In this document: positions 54,120 through 64,000 of the stretch, one piece after another
Layout: each line of letters begins with the position of its first letter
How positions within the stretch are numbered: position 1 is the first letter of the stretch
Assembly (NCBI RefSeq): GCF_009834535.1
Contig: NC_045707.1
Location: 59,894,001-59,958,000, forward strand
Direction of reading: 5' to 3'
DNA from: Camelus ferus
Taxonomy: Eukaryota
DNA: 64,000 nt
Position numbers and translations under genes: made by a program
Notes under the pieces: model-generated
The model's input: only the letters and a program-made list of their open reading frames with translations
The model's database searches: none
Told to the model about the DNA's origin: nothing

Positions 54120-54440
54120 ATACACACACCACATGTTCTTTATCCATCCATCTGTTGATGGAAACAGGTTACTTTCATATCTTGACAATTATAAATAATG
54201 CTGCTATGAACACTGGTGTGCATGTATCTTTCCAAATTAGTGCTTTCTTTTTTCTTTTTGCAGATATATACCCTGGAGTGGAATTGCTGGGTTCCATTTT
54301 TAGTTTTTTGAGGAACCTCCACATTGTTTTCCACAGTGGCTCCCCAGTTCACATTCCCACCAACATTGCATGAAGATTCCCTTTTCTCCACTTCCTTGCC
54401 AGAATTTGTTATTTGTGTTCTTTTTGATGATAGACATTTT
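53645..54440 (-). mobile_element. 5'-truncated L1 (same type as 42629 and 56638), reverse
   Basis: Reverse 3' UTR 'tataaaatactggctgtattcccc'; ORF2 end MEYYSAIKRDEILTFATTWMDLE. Confidence 0.9.
54076..54116. repeat. (TG)20 microsatellite inside the L1
   Basis: Read directly. Confidence 0.95.
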
Positions 54441-54684
54441 GACTCCGTGGGGAGTGGGGATGGGTTCCAGGAACAGGGAGAGAAATTACAGGCAAAGAGG
54501 AAGATCCTTCAATATCAGATTCAACAAATTCCTACCAATGCTTTGCATTTAGACTCGTGATTTTCCACCTGCCCTATTGTGGCAACCTACCTCGTGAGAG
54601 GCTTCCTTCACACTGTTTCTGGAATATCATCCTTAAACACATCTCACATCGATCTGCATCTCCCATCTTTAAAAACTGTCACAG

Positions 54685-54900
54685 AAGGCAGTGAAATACT
54701 ACATTATGAGCAGAAGCTTTGGAATCTGAGTCTGTGTAGTTCCAAATCCAGCTGTGCAGGTCATGTGCTATATGACTTTGGTTAAGTTATTTAACCTCTT
54801 AAGTTTCCTTGTCTACCAAAGAGGAATAAAAATATACATGCAAATAACAAACAATTCATTGTCCACGATTAGCCCTCAGTAAATAATGGCTATTACAATC
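54685..54900 (+). mobile_element. MIR SINE
   Basis: 'ttccaaatccagct...tatgactttggttaagttatttaacctct'. Confidence 0.7.
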
Positions 54901-55555
54901 ACTGTTAACACAGCTCCTCAACACATTGTATGAACCACATAAAAATTCCCATTGGAGAGCATTATAATCCTGCTCCAAATGTTCTCATTTCAGCAACTCA
55001 TCACCCTCAAGGCATGCTCTTTTTTCACAGCTCCAGGGCTTTACTGCTGCTCTTTCTCCGGCCTACAGGCATTTCTCTTTCCCCACCACGGAAGTGACTG
55101 CTCATTGTTTACCCAGTTCTTCCTTTGTCTGCATTTGGCATTCAGTGGCTCCATCCTCTGGGCTCCAGCCCCACATCTCTACCTAAGTTCTCTGTGCACT
55201 GACTGTAATCACCATTATTTATTTAGGCATCTGTCTCCCAAGCTAGGTGGTGTGTTATCCAAAACAGAATCCGTGCGGACTTTTTCATGTCTATCCATAT
55301 CTATTATTTTAAAAATAAGGACACTCTTTACTGATCAGATATTGGTAACAGAAAATATTCCTAGAGAAATAAACTGCATAGCTACTTTTACTTTTTGGAC
55401 ACTATTCTATGATGTAAAATTTTTCCAGCTCAAAATTTGCACTCCTAAAATTTTCATAACAAAGATTTGATTCAGGTATCATTTTTACTGTTTACCTGTA
55501 AAATATCTAATTCTATCCCAGTTTATAGAGAAAATTTCCCTAGCATACCCCTTCT

Positions 55556-55691
55556 ATTTTTTTAAGTTTATTTATTTGGGGGGAGGTAATTAGGTTTATT
55601 TATTTATTTAAGGGGGAGGTACAAGGAATTGAACCTAGGACCTCACACATGCCAAACATGCACTCTACCACTTGACCTATACCCACCCCCC
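55556..55691 (-). mobile_element. Vic-1-type SINE (more diverged)
   Basis: Reverse A/B boxes and a 'gaggtaattaggtttattta' tail; TSD ta(g/a)catacccctt at 55541-55553 and 55694-55706. Confidence 0.88.
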
Positions 55692-55779
55692 TTTAACATA
55701 CCCCTTTTAGAAAAAAGACAAAGTCTAAATATCATGTCACACCATTTCAGTGTGCCCCATATGTATTATTTTGAGAACT

Positions 55780-56280
55780 TCTTTTATTGTGATAAAAAAT
55801 AACATATTTATCATCTTAATCTTTTTTAAGTGTATAGTACAGGATTGTTAACATATTATTGTGCAACAGATATCTAGAACTTTTTCATCTTGCAAAGCTG
55901 AAACTCTACACCCATTGAACAACCTCCCATTTCTCCCTTTCCCTAAGTGTCTGGTAACCACCTACTTTGTATTTCTATGAGTTTGACTGCTTTGGATATC
56001 TTGTCTAGGTAGAATCATACATTATTTGTCCTTCTGTGACTGACTTATTTAATTTAGTCCTCCAGATTCATTCATGGTTTAGCATATGAAAGAACTTCCT
56101 CCCTTTTTAAGGCTGAATAATATTCCATTACATGCAAATACCACATTTTATTTATCAGTTCATCCACAGATGGACATTTAGATTCCTTCCACCTTTTGGT
56201 TACCTTAAATAATGCTGCAATGAACATGGATGTGCAAATATCTCTTTGAGATCCTGTTTTCAATTCCTTTGGATATTCAA
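55780..56280 (-). mobile_element. L1MB-type 3' fragment
   Basis: 'gtgcaacagatatctagaactttttcatcttgc...'; minus ORF2 end (CTSMFIAALF...MEYYSALKR). Confidence 0.85.
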
Positions 56281-56637
56281 TAAATCTTGAGTGTATAAAT
56301 GCCAATTAGTAATGTATTTAAGTAATCAGAAATTTTACAAGATCCATTTTTTAGCTGAAAATATACAAATTTTTGGAACAGTTATGTACTGAATCATGGA
56401 ATAGCAACATTTCTCTTTATATCATGTAGTGAAATAGGAAAAGGACGGCACATTGTGATCTATCAATAATCTAATTTCTAGATAAAGCAAATACAAAGAC
56501 AAGACTATACCAGCCTCTTTTATTTTTATATTGGATGTCACTGAAAATAAATTTTGCAGAAAATAGCTAGTTGGACTAGAAACATTTTGTGGCTTATACT
56601 AAATACTACATCAAATATGTTTTTCAAGACTAAATCC

Positions 56638-59328
56638 AGAGTTAATGCCTATCATTCTGAAACTATACCAAAAACTTGCAGAAGGAGTAATGCTTCTGAA
56701 TTCATTCTATGAGCCCAGCATCACTGTGATACCAAAATAGGCCAAAGGTATCACAAAAAAAGAAAATTATACGGCAATACCACTGATGAACCATAGATGG
56801 AAAAATCCTCAACAAAATATTAGCAAACCAAATCCAGCAATGCATTAAAAGACTTGTATGCCATAATTAAAGTGGGATTTAGCCCACTGATATAAAGGTT
56901 TTACAAAATTCCCAAATCAATCAATGTGATACCACATTAACAAAGTGAAGAATAAAAACCATATGATCATCTCAATAAATGCAGCAAAACCTGACAAAAT
57001 TCAGCATCCATTTATGATAAAAACTTTCCAGAAAGTGAGTATAGAGGAAACATACCTTAATATAATAAGGGCCATATGTGATAGGCCCAAAACTAACATC
57101 ATACTCAACAGTGAAAAGCTGACAGCTTTTCCTCTAAAAACAACACAAAGACAAGGATGCCCACTCTCACCACTTCTATTCAGTGTAGTAATGGAAGTCC
57201 TAGCCACAGTAATCATATAAGAAAAAATAAATAAAAAGGATCCAAATTGGAAAGGAAGAAGTAAAACTGTCACTGTTTACAGATGATATAATCCTATACA
57301 TAGAAAATTCTAAAGACACCACCAAAAAACCTCTAGAACTCATCAATGAATTCAGTAAAGTTGCAGGATACAAAATTAATACACAGAAATCTATATGCTA
57401 ACAATGAACTATCAGAAAGAGAAATTAAGGAAACAATCCCATTTACAATTGCATCAAAAAGAATGAAATACCTAGGAATAAACCTACCTAAGGAGATAAA
57501 AGACCTGTATTCAGAAAACTATAAGATACTGATGAAATTGAAGATGACACAGATGGAAAAGCATACCATGTTCATGGATTGGAAAAACTAGTATCATTTA
57601 AATGATTATACTATTCAAGGCAATCTACAGATTCAATGCAGTCTCTGTCAAAATATCAATGGCTCTTTTTCATGTAACTAGGACAAATAATTTTAAAATT
57701 TGTAGGAAACACAAAAGACCCTGGATAGCCAAAAGAATCCTGAAAAAGAACAGAGCTTGAAGTATCACCCTCCCTGACTTTAGACTACTACAAAGCTACA
57801 ACCAAAACAGTGATGCAGTGGCACAAAAACAGACATATAGATAAATGGAACAGAATAGAGAGCCCAGAAATAAACGCATACACTTAAGGTAAATTAGTCA
57901 ACAGCAAAGGAAGAAAGAATGTACAGAAATCTATATGCTAACAATGAAGTATCAGAAAGAGAAATTATGGAGAAAAGATAGTCTCCTCAGTGAGTGGTGC
58001 TGGAAAAACTGGACAACTATATGTAAAAAATAAAATAAAATTAGAACATTTCCTACACTATGCAAAAAATAAACTCAGATGGGTTAAAGACCTAAATATA
58101 AGACCAGAAACCAGAAAACTTTAAGGAGAAAATATAGGCAGAACACACTTTGACATAAATCATAGCAATATAGCAACTTGTGAGGGCTCTGCCTCCCAAA
58201 GCAAATAAAAGCAAAAATAAACACATGGGACCTATTTAAACTGAAACACTTTTGCAGTACAAAGGAAACCATCAATAAAATGAAAAAGTAACCTACTGAA
58301 TGGGAGAAAATATTTAGAAATGATATGACACATAACAGGTTTATATTCAAAATATACAAGTAACTCATACAACTCAACATAAAAAAATTAACAACCTGAT
58401 TTAAAAATGGGTAGAATACCAGAATAGACGTTTTTACAAAGAAGACATAAAGATGGCCAACAGGTACACAAAAAGATGTTCAACAGTGTTAATCGTCAAA
58501 GAAATACAAACCTAACCACAATGAGATATCACATACCTGCCAGAATGGCTATCATCAAAAAGATCACAAACAACAAATGTTAGTGAGGATGTGGGGAAAA
58601 GAGATTCCTTGTACACTATTGGTATACAGTAGTTACTGTAAAAAACAGTATGGAGGTTTCTCAAAAAACTAAAAATAGAATTATCATATGATCCAGCAAT
58701 GCCACTCCTGGGTATATATCCAAAGAAAATATAAACACTAATTTTTAAAGATACATGCACCTCATTGTTCATAGCAGCATTATTTATAATTGCCAAGATA
58801 TGGAAGCAACCTAAGTGTCCATCAATAGATGAATGGCTAAAGAAGATGTGGTATATTTATATACAGTGGAATATTACTCAGCCACAACAAAGAATGAAAT
58901 TCTGACATTTCTAACAACATAAATGGACCTGGAGGGTATTACACCTAGCAAATTAAGTCAGAGAAAGACAAATACTGTGTGATATTACTTACATAAGGAA
59001 TTTTTAAAAAAGAAGACAACCTGGTGAATATGACAAAAAAGCAGACTCGCAGATACAGAAAACAAACTGATTACCAGTGGCAACAGGGAAGAGGGGATGG
59101 ACAAGATAGGGGTAGGGGATTAAAAGATACAAAGTACAATGTATAAAATAAATAAGCTACAAGGACATACTATACAGCACAGGTAATATAGCCAATATTT
59201 TATAATAACTATAAATGGAATGAAACTTCTACAAATTGTGAATCATTATGTTGTACACCTGAAACTTATATATTATAAATCAACTATACTGCAATTAAAA
59301 ATGCAAATAAAAAATAAATTTTAAAAAG
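56638..59328 (+). mobile_element. 5'-truncated L1 (RT region to 3' end), degenerate ORF2
   Basis: [10 protein letters not shown]..., [29 protein letters not shown]; 3' UTR and A-rich tail at about 59295-59328. Confidence 0.92.
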
Positions 59329-61494
59329 GTAGTAAATCTTATAGCCTCATGTTGAATAAATACATATTAAACTTAAAAATGCAGGTTTATTAGCAAAAAT
59401 CAATCTCCTCCTCTGCTTCCTCCTCATTCTTTTAATTCTACTCTATCTCCTTCTGTGTCTGTTTCTCATATGTATATACACTGATGTTGAATAATATTAA
59501 ATATATTTTCTATCCTAACTACCCACTATAGAAACATTTTGTGATATTTTATAGCTATGTCTAGAATCCAAGAAATTATGTAACACATGAATTAACAATT
59601 ACTTAGAGTGACATTAGTATCCTTCTCAAAATGTTCAGCTATATCTGCAGAAAAACCCTCCTTGAACAGCATATCAAGTTTGGAGAGCCTATTGTTAGCT
59701 AAACTCACCTTTCACATAATATCATTAGCAAATGTTAATGTCACAAAGTTAAAAACAGATTTTAAAAACTTGATAATGCCTTTGTCTATGTAAAAAATTG
59801 CTAAGTGCCAAAGTATCTAAGAGGTGAGAATCTGTTATGTATGCATTTCATGGCATTTGCTACAAGCTATGGAGTTGTGAACACTCAACATATATAACAA
59901 AATACCACACAGCATGGATGGTAAAATAATACTGAGGTCTTCGTTCTATCATTCTTGCCAGAGAACCTCTGAAGGATCTTACTGTGCCTCATTATAAAGA
60001 TGAATATACAATAATTTTCTTGTATTGGTATAGGTCAGATTATTATTATAGCCATAGAAAAGAAGTAAATTTTGCATCTTTGGGAAATTGATACTCTTGG
60101 TCAATGAAATTATTAAAATCAATAAAATAGACCGTAGTCATCTTAAGGAATAGATTATTTGCAAAATCCTTTTTTGTTTGTTGCCAATAGAATTAGACAT
60201 GTGATTGCATTAAGCAATGAAATTACTCTAGGGTTTCATATATTTTTCAAATAAAACTACTTACAAATAACATGTCATTATATTTAACAACTATATGCAT
60301 ACAAACACATAGTGGCTTTCATGAATATACATGAAAGAGTATACTTAATTTTTCACCTTTACCAAAAAGTTATTGAACAGTACAGATCCATAAAATTCAA
60401 AGCTATCAAATTCCATTAGCAGAAACCATGCCTGAAACCAACTGAGGACACGAAAATAAACCAAAAATGGCCCCCAAACCTGTTCCTTGTCATTTATCTT
60501 AACTCATTCTTCCTACTTTGTCACTGAACTCATTTATACTGCTTGCCTTAACTCCATTCCTCGACCACCATATTCCACTTAATGAATACATGTGTCAAAA
60601 TAATCTACCCAAAGCTAATTCTTTATACCTTTTCCTATGTTGAAAACAGTGTGTGTATTTCTCCCAAAAAAGGAAAATACGACAGTAAGAAGCAACTACC
60701 TACATGAAGAAAATTAATTTTCAGCTTGTAGCTGAATTAAATTTACAATGGATGTGATGTTAATTACTCCCAAGGAAAAATACAACAGAATTTTACAATT
60801 TTATCCTAAAATTCACAATCATCTTTGAACTATTTAAACAGATTAAAAACAGACTGTAACTTTTAATGTTACTTAAATATCTAGAAATAATTTCTATTAT
60901 TAACAAATATACAGAACACAACAGGCCAAAATAAATGCTCCTTGCTATTGTAGCATTACTCTAAGGAGCAGATAAGCCACTAGCTATTAGAGCTTTCAAA
61001 ACTATTGCATCAATCACCAAATTGAGTGAATAAAGTTATCCTTAATATGGAAAGTAATGGCTGTGTTTTATGCAGTTCAGTATCTCTGTTGAAATTCTTT
61101 CCAATTTCAATTTGGAATAGCAATTTTGTCAGCAGAGATGAGAATTAATGCTCTGAGTAAGTAAGTTTCTTGAATAACAAAAATACATCAAGTTTTCTTT
61201 GCATTTTTTGTCTAGAACACAGGCGGTCATACCCTTGGTGCCCAATAAACGCTCGTTGACTTGAACCACTGCATATTTTTACTAAATGATCACTTGTACT
61301 CCCTTTTGACCATGGTTCCAGAAAGAAAAGAAAGGCCCAGAGCTTCCACACACTGCACCCAGAGCCAGCAGGGGGCTGAAATCACTACCTACCAGGAAGC
61401 CACATCACTCTTGAAAAACAAGGTCAAAGATTCACCCTTCTCATCAACAAGCAGGTACAGAAACCTAGATCCTGATTACACACTGGTTTTCTCT

Positions 61495-62955
61495 TTTTCC
61501 CCAGTAACAGCTTTATTGACATATAATTCAGATACCATAAAATCCACCCTTTTAGAGCATATAATTCAGGGGTTTTTAGACTATTCATGGAGTTGTGCAA
61601 TGGTCAACACCATATGATTTCAGGACATTTTTGTCACCTCAAAAAGAAACCTCATAGCCATTAACAAACAGCCATTCTCCATTCCCTCATCCCTTCAGTC
61701 TCTGGCAACTACTAATCTACTTTCTGTCGGTGGGGATTTGCCTAACCGGAACATTTTACATAAATAATCATACAATATATGACCTTTTGTGACTGGCTTC
61801 TTTCACTTAGCATATTTTCAAGGTAGATCTGTATTGTAGTATGTGTCAATACTTCATTCCTTTTTATTGCCAAATAACCTTCCACTTCCACTTTACAAAT
61901 TATATACATTTATTTACCCATTCATGAACTGATGGACATTTATTTTCACTTCTTGGCTACTATAAATAATGGTACAAACTTTTGTGTACAAGTCTTTGTG
62001 TGATTTAGGGTTGCATTTCTCTTGGATATATACTGAGGAGAGGAAATGCTGAGTCACATGGTAACTCGATGCTTAACATTTTGAGGAACTGCTAACAAGT
62101 TTTCCGAAGTGACTGCACCATTTCACAATCCCACCAGCAACGTATAAGATTCTAATGTCTCCACCTCCTCACGACACTTGTTACTGCCTTTCTGATTTTA
62201 GCCATCCTACTGGGTTTGAAGTGTTATTTTTGTTTTAACTTGCATTTCTCTGATAACTAATAATGTTTTCAGGTGCTTACCGGACATCTGTATATCCTCT
62301 TTAGAGAAGTATATATTCAAATATTTTACCTATTTTTATTTGGGTTGTCCACCACTGAATTGTGAGAGTTCTTTAATAGTATGGACACTAGGTGGGGAGG
62401 GTGTAGCTCAGTGGTAGAGTGTGTGCTTAGCATGCATGAGGTCCTCGGTTCAACCCCCAGTACCACCATTAAAAAATAAATAAACCTAATTACCTCTCCC
62501 TACAAACACACAAAAATGTAATAAAGTAACAAAAATCCAAAAAAAAAAAAAAAAAAGGATGGACACTCGTCTCTTCTCAGATACATAAATTTCAAGTGTT
62601 TTCTCCCATTCTCCCAGATGGTTTCACTTTCTTGATGGTGCCCCTTGACACACAACTTTTAATTATGATGATGTCCAATCTACCTATTTTTTTCCTTTTG
62701 TTGCCTGTATTTTTGGCGTCAAATCTAAGAAACCTATGATCATGAAAATTTACTCCTAGGTTTTCTTTTGAAAGAAAAGCCATAGTTGTGGCTCTTATAT
62801 TTAGGTCTATAATCCCTTTTGAGTTAATTTTTGTACATGGTATGAAGTATATCAAATTCATTCTTTTACTTGTGGATATCCAAATATTCCAGCACCATTT
62901 GTTGGAAAGACTCCTCTTTCCACACTGAATTATCTTGGCAACCTTGTTGAACACC
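61495..62955 (-). mobile_element. L1MB-type element with a nested SINE
   Basis: 'cagctttattgacatataattca...'; minus ORF2 fragment (KWCWNIW...TKINSK). Confidence 0.85.
62394..62556 (+). mobile_element. Vic-1-type SINE nested in the L1MB element
   Basis: Intact A-box tagctcagtgg, B-box ggttcaacccc, long A tail; TSD core atggacact at 62381-62389 and 62559-62567. Confidence 0.92.
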
Positions 62956-64000
62956 CTGCAGCTTCTTCAAAGTCAAATGTATATCTGTTTAGATAGAATA
63001 ATTGCAAAATTCAGTTACTATCATTAGATATAAGGTTGTAGTTCATTTTTATGAGGCTTTTTGTGGTTCTATCCCCAAATCCTCTGTTTAAACTGGTAGC
63101 AACCCTTTTTTTTTTTTTTTTCATTTCAAAGATCATGGTTGTTTCAAAATCTAAATTTTATTTTCTAGGTGTGTTGTGCTAAACATTATAATACATTGAC
63201 TTTTCAGGATAATATTATGAAGAAAGTTCTAAAACACTAACATTCATTTAGTTGTAAGTTCTACTATAGTTGTTCACTCTTTTAAAGAAAACTATGAGCA
63301 GATGCTAGACTAATTATGCAAAGCCAGATTGCTTTTAAGACCTTAAATTCACTGAAACAACCAGTACAGAGGACAGCTCTTGCCTTGGAGCTGCCTGATA
63401 GACCTTTTCTTTGCTAACATTATCCAATTCCATCTTAGGAAACAACTCTCCTTTCCTATAGGGTATCTTGCTGGAGCAGTAAATCAAGGTGCTTTGTCCT
63501 CCCGCTACAGGACCCCCAAGGAGTACCTGAAGGTCTCACCATGGGTCTTCTCCCTTTTGCATTCATATACAGATAAGTGGGAACAACCTGAAATACAGGC
63601 TTTTAGAAATTCAAGCAAGATAATCAAGGGCAGATTATGTAATCTCAGTCCATGTATCCCAAGGAGCTGCCAGATGATTAAATGTTCCTACTCCCCAGAG
63701 CCATAAGAATATTCCTGGTTCTAGTCTATCTGTAGCCTGGTTTGCAGTATTCCTTTCAATAACAGAAACTACACCATTAACGTCAAATAAATTCATTTAT
63801 TTGCTTAAGGTAATCATAGTAATTTATTGCTTAAAAAAAAAAGAACCTTAACTTATACAGTCAATTCCAAAGATATCAGAGATTTTGATCTTGTTTTCTA
63901 ATAAGACTTCTCCATGAATAAAAACGATAAGCTTTCTCAGAGTCTTTAATAGCTGGGTCAACACAAATTACACAATTGCTTGAATTAATGAGCTTGTTTA

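Noticed and set aside
54952..55470. 172-aa ORF
   Set aside because: Non-ATG start, no recognisable domain, and composition typical of decayed repeat or non-coding DNA.
62394..62470. tRNA-like sequences with A and B boxes (also at about 580-655, 46092-46165 and 55615-55690)
   Set aside because: They carry SINE tails, A-rich ends and TSDs, so they are SINE heads rather than tRNA genes.
16680..62955. L1 strand bias as evidence of transcription direction
   Set aside because: L1 fragments occur in both orientations in comparable numbers, so this is uninformative.
1..64000. Prokaryote-type systems (CRISPR arrays, operons, defence loci)
   Set aside because: The sequence is mammalian, with no repeat-spacer arrays or dense coding regions; the remaining short ORFs in the track look like chance.

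Overview
Mammalian genomic DNA, almost certainly camelid (four Vic-1-type tRNA-derived SINEs and a young lineage-specific L1). The window is AT-rich, repeat-rich and nearly all non-coding. The only credible host coding sequence is a 72-nt minus-strand segment (14229-14300, MDLSSEMNRHGKSPVSHKLEDQKK, then AAG|GTAAGA). I recognise it as the far-upstream alternative first coding exon of neuron navigator 3 (NAV3), from its resemblance to the alternative NAV2 N-terminus that splices onto the CH domain. Positions below 14229 would then be NAV3 intron, and positions above about 14640 upstream sequence or an upstream intron. About 4 kb upstream of that exon is a young, TSD-flanked L1 (18500-24008) with both ends intact but about 2 kb missing internally. 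It is nested in two older L1 layers, and its CpG-rich 5' UTR carries an antisense ORF and a splice donor facing the NAV3 exon. The rest is ancient L1/L2/MIR/MaLR/DNA-transposon debris, microsatellites and a few enhancer-like unique segments. I found no convincing new biological system; the best leads are regulatory hypotheses around the NAV3 exon and some fine-scale repeat history. Repeat names come from recalled consensus sequences, no search was run, and most repeat boundaries are approximate.
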